Source: Nitrososphaerota archaeon (GTDB lineage: Archaea > Thermoproteota > Nitrososphaeria_A > Caldarchaeales > Calditenuaceae). Taken from it: DNA of 64,000 nt. The translations under genes were made by a program, and so were the position numbers. The notes under the pieces were generated by a model. The model was not told where the DNA came from, made no database searches, and saw nothing but the letters and a program-made list of their open reading frames with translations. Below, piece after piece: positions 48,166 through 57,538 of the stretch. Where the stretch lies: positions 32,001 through 96,000 of the forward strand of contig JAVQSZ010000002.1 of assembly GCA_033581555.1 (NCBI GenBank). Direction: 5' to 3'. How positions within the stretch are numbered: position 1 is the first letter of the stretch; each line of letters begins with the position of its first letter.

Positions 48166-48912
48166 TTAGGCTACGCTGCGCCTCGATCCGAGGAGGACCT
48201 CGAGCATCGCTACGTGCTTCTGCTCGTCGTGGTCGATCGAGACCAGCAGCGCCGCGAGCGCCGGATTTCCCACCATCTCAGCGAGCTCGGTGAGGCCCTT
48301 CTCCTCGGCCTCCGACTCGTACTCCATCAGCTCCTCCAGTAGGGCCAGGTCTGACCTCAGGGACCCGTGGTCGGTCCCGATGCCCCTCGAGACGAGCGTG
48401 AGTATCTCGGCGTGCCTGAGGCTGTCGACCGCGATCTGCCTGAGGACCTGTTGGACCGCGGCGTCCCTCACCCTGTTCATCACCTCGAGCACCCTCCTCG
48501 CGACGGCCTCCTCGAGCCTGATCCTCTCGGCGATGGAGCTGAGAGTCTCCTCGCTCAGGACCCCTGCGCCTCCGGCTGCGCGCTCGCCTGCGATGACCGA
48601 GTAGAGCCTGTTCGCGAGCTCGGAGACCTCCCTCGAGGCCTCTACCGCCACGCCCAGCCTGTGCCTCCTCGCCATAGACTCCGCAGCCTCGGATATCATC
48701 CTCCGGGCCGTCGCGTCTGACTCGATCGCCTCGAGCCATTGCGCGCCCCTCTTCTTGCTGAGGTAATGGGTGACCGTCGCGGGCCTGACGCCAAGTATTG
48801 AGGCGACCTGGACCTTCCGGAGCCCGTGCTTCTCGAGCAGCTCCCTACAGAGGGCCGCCCTCACCGAAGGCAAGAGCTCCTCTGGCCGCTCGGGGAGCCT
48901 GACGCTCTGCAC
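48166..48912 (-). CDS. HTH transcriptional regulator fused to a ferritin/rubrerythrin-like domain
   Basis: LPSVRAAL..EL...GL....VA..LGV....V.HYL..KRG HTH; C-terminal DSLRH and DEQKH helices; start uncertain. Confidence 0.75.
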   Translation of the reverse strand: MQSVRLPERPEELLPSVRAALCRELLEKHGLRKVQVASILGVRPATVTHYLSKKRGAQWLEAIESDATARRMISEAAESMARRHRLGVAVEASREVSELANRLYSVIAGERAAGGAGVLSEETLSSIAERIRLEEAVARRVLEVMNRVRDAAVQQVLRQIAVDSLRHAEILTLVSRGIGTDHGSLRSDLALLEELMEYESEAEEKGLTELAEMVGNPALAALLVSIDHDEQKHVAMLEVLLGSRRSVA

Positions 48913-49034
48913 GACCCGAACCTCTGATCCCAAGATAAAACTGAATCCGGGAAGGGGTTGGGGGCTCACCGTCCACCTTCAGATAACATGTTGGGTAGAG
49001 ACCTGGAAAGGACTTCCGACGGAAGGGGCTGGGG

Positions 49035-49256
49035 TCAGCCGTCGACGCCCAAGTTCTCCCTCAGGGCCCTGAGCCTAGAGAACTGGAGCCTTACCTCTTC
49101 CTCGAACGGGACGTCTCCCTCGCCGAAGCCGTGCTCGGACCTCAGCTCCCGCTTCAACACGACCATCTCCTCCGCGACCCTCCAGAGCTCCTCCTCCGAG
49201 ATGCCGGGCTCAAGGGCACGCCTCGCCAGCCTCCCGAACCTCTCGGCGTGGCTCAA
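49035..49256 (-). CDS. Hypothetical small protein
   Basis: ATGA-coupled to the aspS stop; host codon usage. Confidence 0.55.
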   Translation of the reverse strand: MSHAERFGRLARRALEPGISEEELWRVAEEMVVLKRELRSEHGFGEGDVPFEEEVRLQFSRLRALRENLGVDG

Positions 49257-50572
49257 GGCATGAACCTCTCAGGCGCCCTCGGGAAGAGCACGACCTCCCT
49301 GATGTTCGAGGCTCCGACTACCGCCATCGTCAGCCTCTCGATCCCGATGTTGAAGCCACCGTGGGGTGGTGCGCCGTACCTGAAGAACTCGGTGAACCAC
49401 TTCACGCTCTCGGGGTTCATCCCCTTGAGCCTGACCTGCTCCACGATCTTCTCGTACCTATGCTCCCTCTGTCCCCCCGAGCTCATCTCAAGCCCCCTGT
49501 ATACCAGATCGATGCTCCTCGCCCACGTCGGGTCCTCGTCGACCCTCATGACGTAGAAGGGCTTCACGGCGAACGGGAACCTGTTGATGAAGAAGGCCTC
49601 CGACTTGTACTTCTCCAAGACGTACTGGCTGAGGAGCCTCTCGGACTCCCTGTCAAGGTCGTCGCCGTACCTGATATCCTTGCCCATCGAGCTGAGGATC
49701 TCGTAGATCTCCGGGAACCTGAGCTCAGGGAGCGGCGTCCTCGGCACCTCCAGCTCCACGCCGAGAGCTTCGAGCTCCCTCGTCCTCTCCTCGAGGACCC
49801 TCTTCAGCCCCGCGATGAAGAGCTCCTCCTCGACCCTCATGACGTCAGTCTCGTCGGAGATGTAGGAGAGCTCAACGGCGCAGCCCCTGTGCTCGCAGAG
49901 GTGCCTCGGCGTGTGGCTGGGCTCGGCCCTCCAACTCGGACCGACCTCGTAGATCCTATCGAAGCCCGCGACCATCAGGAGCTGTCTGTGTAGCTGCGGG
50001 TCCTGCCTGAGGTAGGCCCTCTTCCCGAAGTAGTCGATCTCGAACATCTCCGCGCCGCTCTCTGAGGGAGCGCCGATGATGCAGGGCGTGAAGACTTGAA
50101 CGAACCCGCGGGACTCGAGCCACTCGGTCATCCCCCTGACGAGGGACTGCTGGATCCTGAACACGGCCAGGTTCCTGGGGTTCCTGAGGTCGATGGGCCT
50201 CCAGTCGAGCCTCGTGTCGAGCTGGGTCGCGGCGGCCCCCGTCACGTCTATCGGAAGCCTCTCCGCCCTCGAGAGGACCTCGACCTCCTTCGGGATCAGC
50301 TCGATTCCGACCTTCGCCTCCCTCCGCTCCGGAACCACGCCGACGACCGAGACGACGTCGTGGGTGTTCAGGGACTTCGCGACCCTAACGAGGTCCTCGG
50401 GCGCCTCCGCCTTCCTCAAGGTGAGCTGCGCGATCCCGCTCCTGTCCCTGACCCAGACGAAGACCAGCCTCCCGACCTCCTTCACGTTCTCTACGAACCC
50501 CGCGATCCTCACCGTCGTCCCGGGCTCCTCGGGGATCTCGGCGATCTCGTGCGTCCTCTTCACGTCCCTCAC
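49253..50572 (-). CDS. aspS: Aspartyl-tRNA synthetase (archaeal type)
   Basis: OB-fold RDRSG..Q; TRLDWR.IDLR, QDPQL, RAE, SSGGQREH and PPHGG motifs. Confidence 0.95.
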   Translation of the reverse strand: MRDVKRTHEIAEIPEEPGTTVRIAGFVENVKEVGRLVFVWVRDRSGIAQLTLRKAEAPEDLVRVAKSLNTHDVVSVVGVVPERREAKVGIELIPKEVEVLSRAERLPIDVTGAAATQLDTRLDWRPIDLRNPRNLAVFRIQQSLVRGMTEWLESRGFVQVFTPCIIGAPSESGAEMFEIDYFGKRAYLRQDPQLHRQLLMVAGFDRIYEVGPSWRAEPSHTPRHLCEHRGCAVELSYISDETDVMRVEEELFIAGLKRVLEERTRELEALGVELEVPRTPLPELRFPEIYEILSSMGKDIRYGDDLDRESERLLSQYVLEKYKSEAFFINRFPFAVKPFYVMRVDEDPTWARSIDLVYRGLEMSSGGQREHRYEKIVEQVRLKGMNPESVKWFTEFFRYGAPPHGGFNIGIERLTMAVVGASNIREVVLFPRAPERFMP

Positions 50573-50648
50573 CAGCCCTCGGGGAGTTAAAAGCCTGGTC
50601 ACGAGGTCCGACGACTTTTATTAGATCGAGGAAGGGCAGCTGCGCGGG

Positions 50649-51143
50649 ATGCCCATCAAGACGTTCAGGTTCGACGTTGAGGGAGGGAAGGCGACCGCCG
50701 GTCCGCCGATAGGCCCTTCGCTGACGCCTTTGGGGCTGAACGTCCTCGCGGTCGTCGAGAGGATCAACGAGCTGACCTCGGAGTTCAGGGGGATGAGGGT
50801 CCCCGTGAAAGTCAGGGTCAACACCGACACGAAAGAGTTCGACGTCGAGGTCGGGATACCCACGGTCTCAGCGCTGATAGCGAAGGAGGCCCAGATCGAG
50901 AAGGGCTCGGGGGAGCCCGGGAGGAAGGCGGTCGCGAACCTCACGATGGAGCAGGTCGTGAAGATCGCGAGGATGAAGATGCCCCACATGAGGGTCAACT
51001 CGCTCAGGGCCGCGGTCAAGACCGTCCTCGGGGTCTGCGTGAGCATGGGCGTGAACGTCGACGGCAAGAACCCCAAGGAGGTCCTCAGGGAACTCGAAGA
51101 GGGGGTACACGAGGGGCTCCTCGGAGAGGCGGCTACCGCCTGA
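50649..51143 (+). CDS. rpl11: 50S ribosomal protein L11 (uL11)
   Basis: VEGGKATAGPPIGPSL, G..VPVKV and G.C.SMGV motifs. Confidence 0.97.
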   Translation: MPIKTFRFDVEGGKATAGPPIGPSLTPLGLNVLAVVERINELTSEFRGMRVPVKVRVNTDTKEFDVEVGIPTVSALIAKEAQIEKGSGEPGRKAVANLTMEQVVKIARMKMPHMRVNSLRAAVKTVLGVCVSMGVNVDGKNPKEVLRELEEGVHEGLLGEAATA

Positions 51144-51792
51144 CCGAGAGCCTCACCGGCTCGCCCATCGAGAGCTTCAGGTAGACCGACTGAACGTTCG
51201 CCCACCTCTTCGGGAGCCTCTCGACGACCCTGTTCAGGACCGCCTGCGCGTTCTCGAGGAGGTGATCTATCGGCATCTCCTCGGTCCCGATCACGCAGTT
51301 CGCCTGCGGGTTCTTCCTCACCCTGACCGTCACGCTCCGCTTGTACCTCGCGGCCATCGCGTCGATGTCGGTCCCCGCTGGAACGGGCACCGGCGCCTTC
51401 CCCACATAGCCCAGTGCTGACCCCAGGGCCCTCGCGGCGAGGGAGATGAGGGAAGTGTCGACGAGGAAGTAGTCGTACTCCCTCGCGAGCTTCTTCGCGG
51501 CCTTCTTGTTCCCCACGAGCAGCTCGACCTCCTCCCTCTCGAGGACCTTGTCGATGTTCGCGGACTTCCTCGCCTCAACAGCGAGCGCGCCGCCCGCGAT
51601 CACCGCGACCCTCCTCGGCCTCGACCCCAGGCCCCTCGGCAGCTCGACCGTCTCAGTGAACCTGTTCTCCGGTTTCTTCAGGTCTATGTCCCTGAGGTTC
51701 ACCTGTAGCTCCACCGACTGGACGAACTTCCTCTTCCCCCGGTCGCCCATCGCCCTTCTGAGGCCCTCCGAGATCTCCTGCGCTGCCAGCAT
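51133..51792 (-). CDS. rpl1: 50S ribosomal protein L1 (uL1)
   Basis: RKFVQSVEL.VNL..ID.KKPENR, IGTEEM and YLKLSMG motifs. Confidence 0.96.
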   Translation of the reverse strand: MLAAQEISEGLRRAMGDRGKRKFVQSVELQVNLRDIDLKKPENRFTETVELPRGLGSRPRRVAVIAGGALAVEARKSANIDKVLEREEVELLVGNKKAAKKLAREYDYFLVDTSLISLAARALGSALGYVGKAPVPVPAGTDIDAMAARYKRSVTVRVRKNPQANCVIGTEEMPIDHLLENAQAVLNRVVERLPKRWANVQSVYLKLSMGEPVRLSVRR

Positions 51793-51900
51793 GCTCCTAC
51801 CACGTGCGCAGACCTAAGGGAAATACGTACCGCGATCGGGCGCCAGGGCTCTGCCGATCTCCCGAAAATGTTAAGAGCTGAGCAGGATGGCAGGTCGGTG

Positions 51901-51974
<74 letters not shown>

Positions 51975-52061
51975 GAGGGCAGACATCTTCAAGGTCTCGG
52001 CCTCGCGCCCCTAACCGTTGAGGTCTCGACAGACCTCTCGATGGGCTAGGCCCTCAGCAAC

Positions 52062-52964
52062 TCACGAGCCGGCCAGCCTCACCAGCCCCTCCCAACGGGC
52101 CTCAACCTCCCTCTTCAGCTCCTCGAGGAGATGGGCGTTCTCGGGTCTGAGGAGGTAGCTGAACCTCTCTTGGAGACGGAGGAACTCCTCGAGCGGCCGT
52201 GGCCTCGAGACGAAGTAATTGATCCTGTACTTCCCTTCTTCGACCTCGTAGAGCGGGAAGTACCGAGTCTCGACCGCGAGCTTCGCGATCCGCATCGTCA
52301 GGGACGGATCGAACCTCCAGCCCCTGTTGCAGGGCGCCAGGACGTGGAGGAAAGTCGGCCCATCGAAGGTCAGGGCCTTCCTCACCTTGTTGGCGAGGTC
52401 CTTCCAGAAGTAGGGCGATGCGGTGGCGGCGTAGGGGACGCCATGGGAGACCGCGAACGCGATCAGGTCCTTCTTCGGGCCCGCCTTCCCGAACGGCGTA
52501 GTCGAGGTCCACGCGCCGTGGGGCGTGAGGGAGGAGCGCTGGATCCCGGTGTTCATGTAGGCCTCGTTGTCATAGCAGACGTAGAGGAACGAGTGTCTCC
52601 TCTCGAGGGCGCCCGAGAGCGCTTGGAGGCCTATGTCCGCGGTACCCCCGTCGCCTGCGATCACGACGACCCTATGGTCCCGCGCCAGCCCCTTCTCCTT
52701 CAGGACCCTCAGGGCCGCCTCGATCCCAGAGGCGACCGCTGCCGCGTTCTCGAAGGCCACGTGGACGTACGGGACCCTCCACGCCGTGTTCGGGTACTGG
52801 GTCGTCACGACCTCGACGCACCCGGTGGCGTTCACGACGATGTAGGGCTGCGGCACAGCGAGCAGGACCTGCCTGACCGCGATCATCGCGCCGCAGCCCG
52901 CGCAGGCCGAGTGGCCCGGGCTCAGGGGCTCGAACCCGACCAGCTCGTCGAGCCTTGACACCAT
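52062..52964 (-). CDS. porB: 2-oxoacid (pyruvate):ferredoxin oxidoreductase beta subunit
   Basis: GHSACAGCG, GDGGTADIG and DNEAYMNTGIQRS motifs. Confidence 0.93.
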   Translation of the reverse strand: MVSRLDELVGFEPLSPGHSACAGCGAMIAVRQVLLAVPQPYIVVNATGCVEVVTTQYPNTAWRVPYVHVAFENAAAVASGIEAALRVLKEKGLARDHRVVVIAGDGGTADIGLQALSGALERRHSFLYVCYDNEAYMNTGIQRSSLTPHGAWTSTTPFGKAGPKKDLIAFAVSHGVPYAATASPYFWKDLANKVRKALTFDGPTFLHVLAPCNRGWRFDPSLTMRIAKLAVETRYFPLYEVEEGKYRINYFVSRPRPLEEFLRLQERFSYLLRPENAHLLEELKREVEARWEGLVRLAGS

Positions 52965-52974
52965 GCCGGCCACC

Positions 52975-54135
52975 TCACCTGAGGAGGATCCGCCTCGACC
53001 TGGCTTCACGCTCCCTCACTCCCCTCTCCGCCTCCCCGAGGAGCCTGCCGATCTTCCTCAGCGTGACAGGCTTCCCGCCAAGCCCGTAAACGACGCTCCA
53101 CACCGGTACACGGAACCCTGCGTCGTAAAGCGCGGACTTGACCTCTGAGACCAGCGGAGGCGACACGGCCCCCGGCGAGAGGGACCTGTCCATCACGACC
53201 ACGAGCTCCGCGTCGTTCAGCAGCTCGATCAACCTCCGCCTCGGGAAGGGCCTGAATAGCCTGACCGAGAGGACATCGAAGATGTCCTGCAGCCTCTGCG
53301 TCTTCACGAAGTGCCTGAGCGACCCCGCGACGTCGCCCATGCAAATCAGCTTCACTCGCCCCCCGGTCCACTCGGCGTGGATCGCGCCCCTCTTCGACTC
53401 GGAGTTCGGGTAAAGCTCCTCAACCTCCGTGAAGACTCGGCCCGCGGCCCTGAGGGCCTTCTCCTGCTCGACCTTCGACTCGAAGTAGGCGTCCGGGAGC
53501 GCGAAGCCACCGATCGTCATCGGCTCGTCGTAGCTGAGCCTATGCCTCTCCCTCCTCGGGAGGAACCTCCTGACCTCCTCATCTGGGAGCACGGCGACTG
53601 GTTCGCACGAGTGCGAGGTGGTAAAGCCGTTGAAGTTAACCGCTACCGGGAGCAGCACCCTCGGGTCCTCGGCGAGCCTGAAGGCCTTGACGACGTTGTC
53701 GTAGACGTCCTGCGGGTCCTCGCAGAAGACCTGGACCCATCCCGAGTCCCTCGAACCCATGATGTCAGAGTGGTCGCAGTGGATGTTGATCGGAGCGGAG
53801 AGCGCCCTGTTCGCCACCGCCATTACGATCGGGAGCCTCAGCCCGGAGGCGACGTACATCACCTCGTGCATGTACGCGAGCCCCTGGCTGCTGGTGGCGG
53901 TGAAGACCCTGGCCCCCGCCGCGGAGGCGCCTATGCACGCGCTGAGCGCGGAGTGCTCCGACTCGATGAGGACCATCGCGGCCTTGACGTCCCCCCTCCC
54001 GACGTACTCGGCCAACTTCTCGACGATCGTCGTCTGGGGCGTGATCGGGTATGCGGTGATCAGGTCGACGTCGGACTGCTTGACCGCGTACGCCGCGGCC
54101 TCGTTCCCGGTCATGAGGAGCGAGTTGAGCAACAT
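52975..54135 (-). CDS. porA: 2-oxoacid:ferredoxin oxidoreductase alpha subunit
   Basis: AYPITPQT, ESEHSA, TATSSQGL and NRALSAP motifs. Confidence 0.93.
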   Translation of the reverse strand: MLLNSLLMTGNEAAAYAVKQSDVDLITAYPITPQTTIVEKLAEYVGRGDVKAAMVLIESEHSALSACIGASAAGARVFTATSSQGLAYMHEVMYVASGLRLPIVMAVANRALSAPINIHCDHSDIMGSRDSGWVQVFCEDPQDVYDNVVKAFRLAEDPRVLLPVAVNFNGFTTSHSCEPVAVLPDEEVRRFLPRRERHRLSYDEPMTIGGFALPDAYFESKVEQEKALRAAGRVFTEVEELYPNSESKRGAIHAEWTGGRVKLICMGDVAGSLRHFVKTQRLQDIFDVLSVRLFRPFPRRRLIELLNDAELVVVMDRSLSPGAVSPPLVSEVKSALYDAGFRVPVWSVVYGLGGKPVTLRKIGRLLGEAERGVREREARSRRILLR

Positions 54136-54401
54136 CACGACTCCCTCACCATCCTTATCGCTCTCCTGGGACACTCGACCGCACAGATCCCGCAGCCCTT
54201 GCAGTGGTCGTAGTCTATCGCGACCTTCCCGTCCTCGGTCACGATTATCGCGGGCTCTGGACAATAGATCCAGCAGATCAGGCACCCGACGCAGTTCGCG
54301 AGGTCCACAACGGGCCTAGAGCTCCTCCAGCCCGCGGTGACGTTCCGTGCTGAAGACCCCGGTTCGAAGATCAGCGCAGCTGTCCTGGGGCGGTGGGCCA
54401 A
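54135..54401 (-). CDS. porD: 2-oxoacid:ferredoxin oxidoreductase delta subunit
   Basis: WR..RPV, CVGCLICWIYCP and CKGCGICAVECP motifs. Confidence 0.93.
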   Translation of the reverse strand: MAHRPRTAALIFEPGSSARNVTAGWRSSRPVVDLANCVGCLICWIYCPEPAIIVTEDGKVAIDYDHCKGCGICAVECPRRAIRMVRES

Positions 54402-54402
54402 C

Positions 54403-54924
54403 TCAAGTCACCTCGTTGTAAGCCGCCCTGGCGACCGCAGCGTCCTGCGGGCTCAAGTGCTCCGAGACGGCCTGTTCGAGCGCCCCGATCTCCGGCACCC
54501 CAATCGCCCTTGACATCGCCCCGAGCAGAGCGATCCCTACCGACCTCGGCCTCCCTAGCCTCTCCGCGATCCATGACGCGTTGACCACCGTGACCCTGTA
54601 AGGCGCGCCCGACGGCTCCGGCCCCCTCGTCGCGGAGTTGACAACTACGTGCGACTCCCTCTTTACCAGCCTCTCGAGCGGGACAAAACCCAGCAGCCTC
54701 TCCTCGAGGACGACAGCGACGTCCGCGCGTTCTACCGGCGTCCTGAGCTCGATCGGCCTCCGGGAGAACCTCAGGTAGGCCCTGACCGGTGCGCCGGCCC
54801 TCTCCGGTCCGAACTCGGGAAACGTTTGGACGTGAAAGCCCGTGCGGAAGAGGGCGGTCGCGCAGATCCGCGCCGACGTGACCACCCCTTGGCCTCCCCT
54901 CCCGAGGAAGACCACCTCGGCCAA
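54403..54924 (-). CDS. porG: 2-oxoacid:ferredoxin oxidoreductase gamma subunit
   Basis: GRGGQGVVT and FGPERAGAPV motifs. Confidence 0.92.
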   Translation of the reverse strand: MAEVVFLGRGGQGVVTSARICATALFRTGFHVQTFPEFGPERAGAPVRAYLRFSRRPIELRTPVERADVAVVLEERLLGFVPLERLVKRESHVVVNSATRGPEPSGAPYRVTVVNASWIAERLGRPRSVGIALLGAMSRAIGVPEIGALEQAVSEHLSPQDAAVARAAYNEVT

Positions 54925-55207
54925 GGAGACTTCACCCCCATAATGACAGGGTAACGACGTAAAAAATATTGGACGAACGAGGGAAATTCATCATAGCCTG
55001 CGAACGTCTAAAGGGGGAAGGGCGCGGAAACACGACGGACGGTAGGGATCATGGGTTCCGCTCTGAACGCGTTCGGGACCGGTGATTCACGACGTCTCCC
55101 GCTGGGATCGATAGCGACTCTTGACGAAGACGATGGGATCGCTCTCGGCCGATCGTCGACATTTGGAGTCGTGGGACTCGCCCGCCGGTCGATGCGCTTC
55201 AGACGGC

Positions 55208-56449
55208 TCAGAAGTCCTTCCACTTGGTAGCCACGACCGCGAGGGAGAGGCCGAGCGCGGCCAGCCCGGCGACCACGAGCGCAGGGAGGAGGGCTCCGGC
55301 CGGAGACCCGACGATGAGCGCCTCCCTAAGGGCCACATGGAAATAATAGAGGGGCGTGAACCTCGCGACCGCCTGAAGGAACTCGGGCATCAGCTCGAGG
55401 GGCCAGAGGGCTCCAGAGAGGAACATCATCGGGAACGCGACGGAATTCGCGAGAGCGGTCACCGCCCCCGCCTCCCTGAGAGAGCCGCCTATCGCGACGC
55501 CGAAGCCCGTGAAGGCCAGCGTCCCGAGCAGAATGACCAGGAGGCTCAGGGCGTCTGGGAACGCGGAGATCCTGAAGACCGCCCAGCCGACCGCTAGCAT
55601 CACCCCCAGCAGGATCAGCGAGACGATGGTCTGGACGACGACGATCGACGCGATCCACGTCGACTTCGGGAGCGGCGTCGAGGCGAGGAGCTTGACTAGG
55701 CCGCGCCTGTACGCGTCGAAGACCAGGAGGGAGACCCCGATCAACCCGTTCGTCATGACGAAGGCCGCGACGTATCCGGGGAGGTAGTAGTCGACGAGGC
55801 GGAGCTGCTTGGTTTGCGTTAAGACTGAGCTCACCTCCATCGCCGAGGAGGCGTTGAGGAGCGCGAGCTCGAACTTCGACGCTATCACGTTGATGATGCC
55901 CTCGATCGGCTGGAGGAGCCTGTCGTCGGGGCTGCCCTCCAGGGTCAGCTTAGGCCTCTCGCCCCCAATGGTCTGCCTGAAGGACCTTATCGCCCTCACC
56001 GACGACTCGATCTCTGCTCTGGTTTGCGGGGGGATCGACTCCCCGGCCATCGCGACCATCCTCAGTATCGTGTCGGCCGTGATCTCGAGCCTGTTGGCGA
56101 CGGTGACGTTAAGGAGGTTCTCGGTGAAGCCCTTCGGGATCGTGAGGATCCGGACCGCCGCGAATCCGGTGCCGCGCGGCGCGGGGTCGTCGGGCCTGAG
56201 GAGGTGGACCTCGAAGACGCTCTCGTTGAGGGCCCTGATGAAGGCCTCCGAGAGGGCTCCAGGCTTCCCGCTCTGGTCGACGTCGAGGTTCCTGACGTAA
56301 AGCGTGTAGTTCGGCGGCGAAGGCCCTCCGAAGACGCTCCCGAAGATGAGCAGGAGCATCACGGGGAAGAGGAACCCGAAGAAGATGCTCTGCTTGCTCC
56401 TCATCCAGGCCTTGAAGAGTAGCTTGATCAGGGTCGGTGCCGCCCTCAC
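55208..56449 (-). CDS. ABC-2 type exporter permease
   Basis: FFGFLFP, extracytoplasmic loop, DYYLPG and FPMMFLSGALWP motifs. Confidence 0.88.
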   Translation of the reverse strand: MRAAPTLIKLLFKAWMRSKQSIFFGFLFPVMLLLIFGSVFGGPSPPNYTLYVRNLDVDQSGKPGALSEAFIRALNESVFEVHLLRPDDPAPRGTGFAAVRILTIPKGFTENLLNVTVANRLEITADTILRMVAMAGESIPPQTRAEIESSVRAIRSFRQTIGGERPKLTLEGSPDDRLLQPIEGIINVIASKFELALLNASSAMEVSSVLTQTKQLRLVDYYLPGYVAAFVMTNGLIGVSLLVFDAYRRGLVKLLASTPLPKSTWIASIVVVQTIVSLILLGVMLAVGWAVFRISAFPDALSLLVILLGTLAFTGFGVAIGGSLREAGAVTALANSVAFPMMFLSGALWPLELMPEFLQAVARFTPLYYFHVALREALIVGSPAGALLPALVVAGLAALGLSLAVVATKWKDF

Positions 56450-57378
56450 GCCAGCTCGCCCCTCTCGGTGAGCCTTGACCCGATGACCCTCAGGAAGACG
56501 TCCTCGAGCCCGGCCCTCCTGATCTCGGGGTAGGCCTCGACCGAGAGCTCCCTGAGGGTCGAGATCACCTCCGCGACCTCCGACTGCGTGCGGACCTTTA
56601 CGACGGCTCGGCCATCTGGGGCGACCTCGACCTCGTACCCTCTCTCCCGGAGAGACCTGACAGCCCTCTCCTCCAACCCCTCGAAGAAGAGCCTCGTCTT
56701 CCCCCCGTGCTCCTCGATCAGCCTCCTCACCTCGCCGATCGCAGCGATCCTCCCCTTGACGATGATCGCGACCCTGTCGCTCAGCCTCTCGGCCTCCTCC
56801 ATGTAGTGGGTGGTGAGGACCACCGTCACGCCCTCCCTCTTCAGCTGCTTGATGTAGAGCCAGGTCTCCCGCCTCGCCTCCGGGTCAAGTCCGGTCGTGG
56901 GCTCGTCGAGGAAGACGATCTCCGGGTCCCCCACGAGGGCCATCGCTATCCCGACCCTCCTCTTCAGCCCTCCCGAGAGCTTGGAGAACAGCCTGCCCCT
57001 GAGCTCCCAGAGGCCCAGCTTCTCGAGGACCTCCCTGACGTTCTCCGCGCCCTTCGACGCTGCCGCCAGCTCGACGTTCTCGTACACGGTGAGGTCGTCC
57101 TCGGCGTTGAACTCCTGGGGCAGGACGCCGATCAGCTTCTTGATCTCCCGTACGCCGGCGGGGTCTCGGATGCTGAAGCCCTTCAGGTACGCGTTCCCTG
57201 AGGTCGGCGTTCGCAAACATTCGAGCATCTCGACGGTCGTCGTCTTCCCGGCGCCGTTGGGACCGAGAAGCGCGAAGACTTCGCCCTCGTTAACCGTGAA
57301 AGAGATCCTGTCCACCGCGAGGACATCACCGTACCTCTTGGTGAGATCCTCTACGACGATGGCGGGAGAGACTCTCAC
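56446..57378 (-). CDS. ABC-2 type exporter ATP-binding protein
   Basis: [22 protein letters not shown] and TTHYMEEAE motifs. Confidence 0.92.
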   Translation of the reverse strand: MRVSPAIVVEDLTKRYGDVLAVDRISFTVNEGEVFALLGPNGAGKTTTVEMLECLRTPTSGNAYLKGFSIRDPAGVREIKKLIGVLPQEFNAEDDLTVYENVELAAASKGAENVREVLEKLGLWELRGRLFSKLSGGLKRRVGIAMALVGDPEIVFLDEPTTGLDPEARRETWLYIKQLKREGVTVVLTTHYMEEAERLSDRVAIIVKGRIAAIGEVRRLIEEHGGKTRLFFEGLEERAVRSLRERGYEVEVAPDGRAVVKVRTQSEVAEVISTLRELSVEAYPEIRRAGLEDVFLRVIGSRLTERGELA

Positions 57379-57538
57379 GCTGCCACTTCCGGCTGCCGCT
57401 ATAAAAGATCAAAGAGGTCGAAGACCAGCTCAGGCACTTTAGCGCCGCGAGGATTGCGACCTGACCGTCGTGCGGAGGCGAACGAGTAGCTCAAACTCAG
57501 TCCTAAACAATTATATCGGCTCAGCATAACAAATCCTC

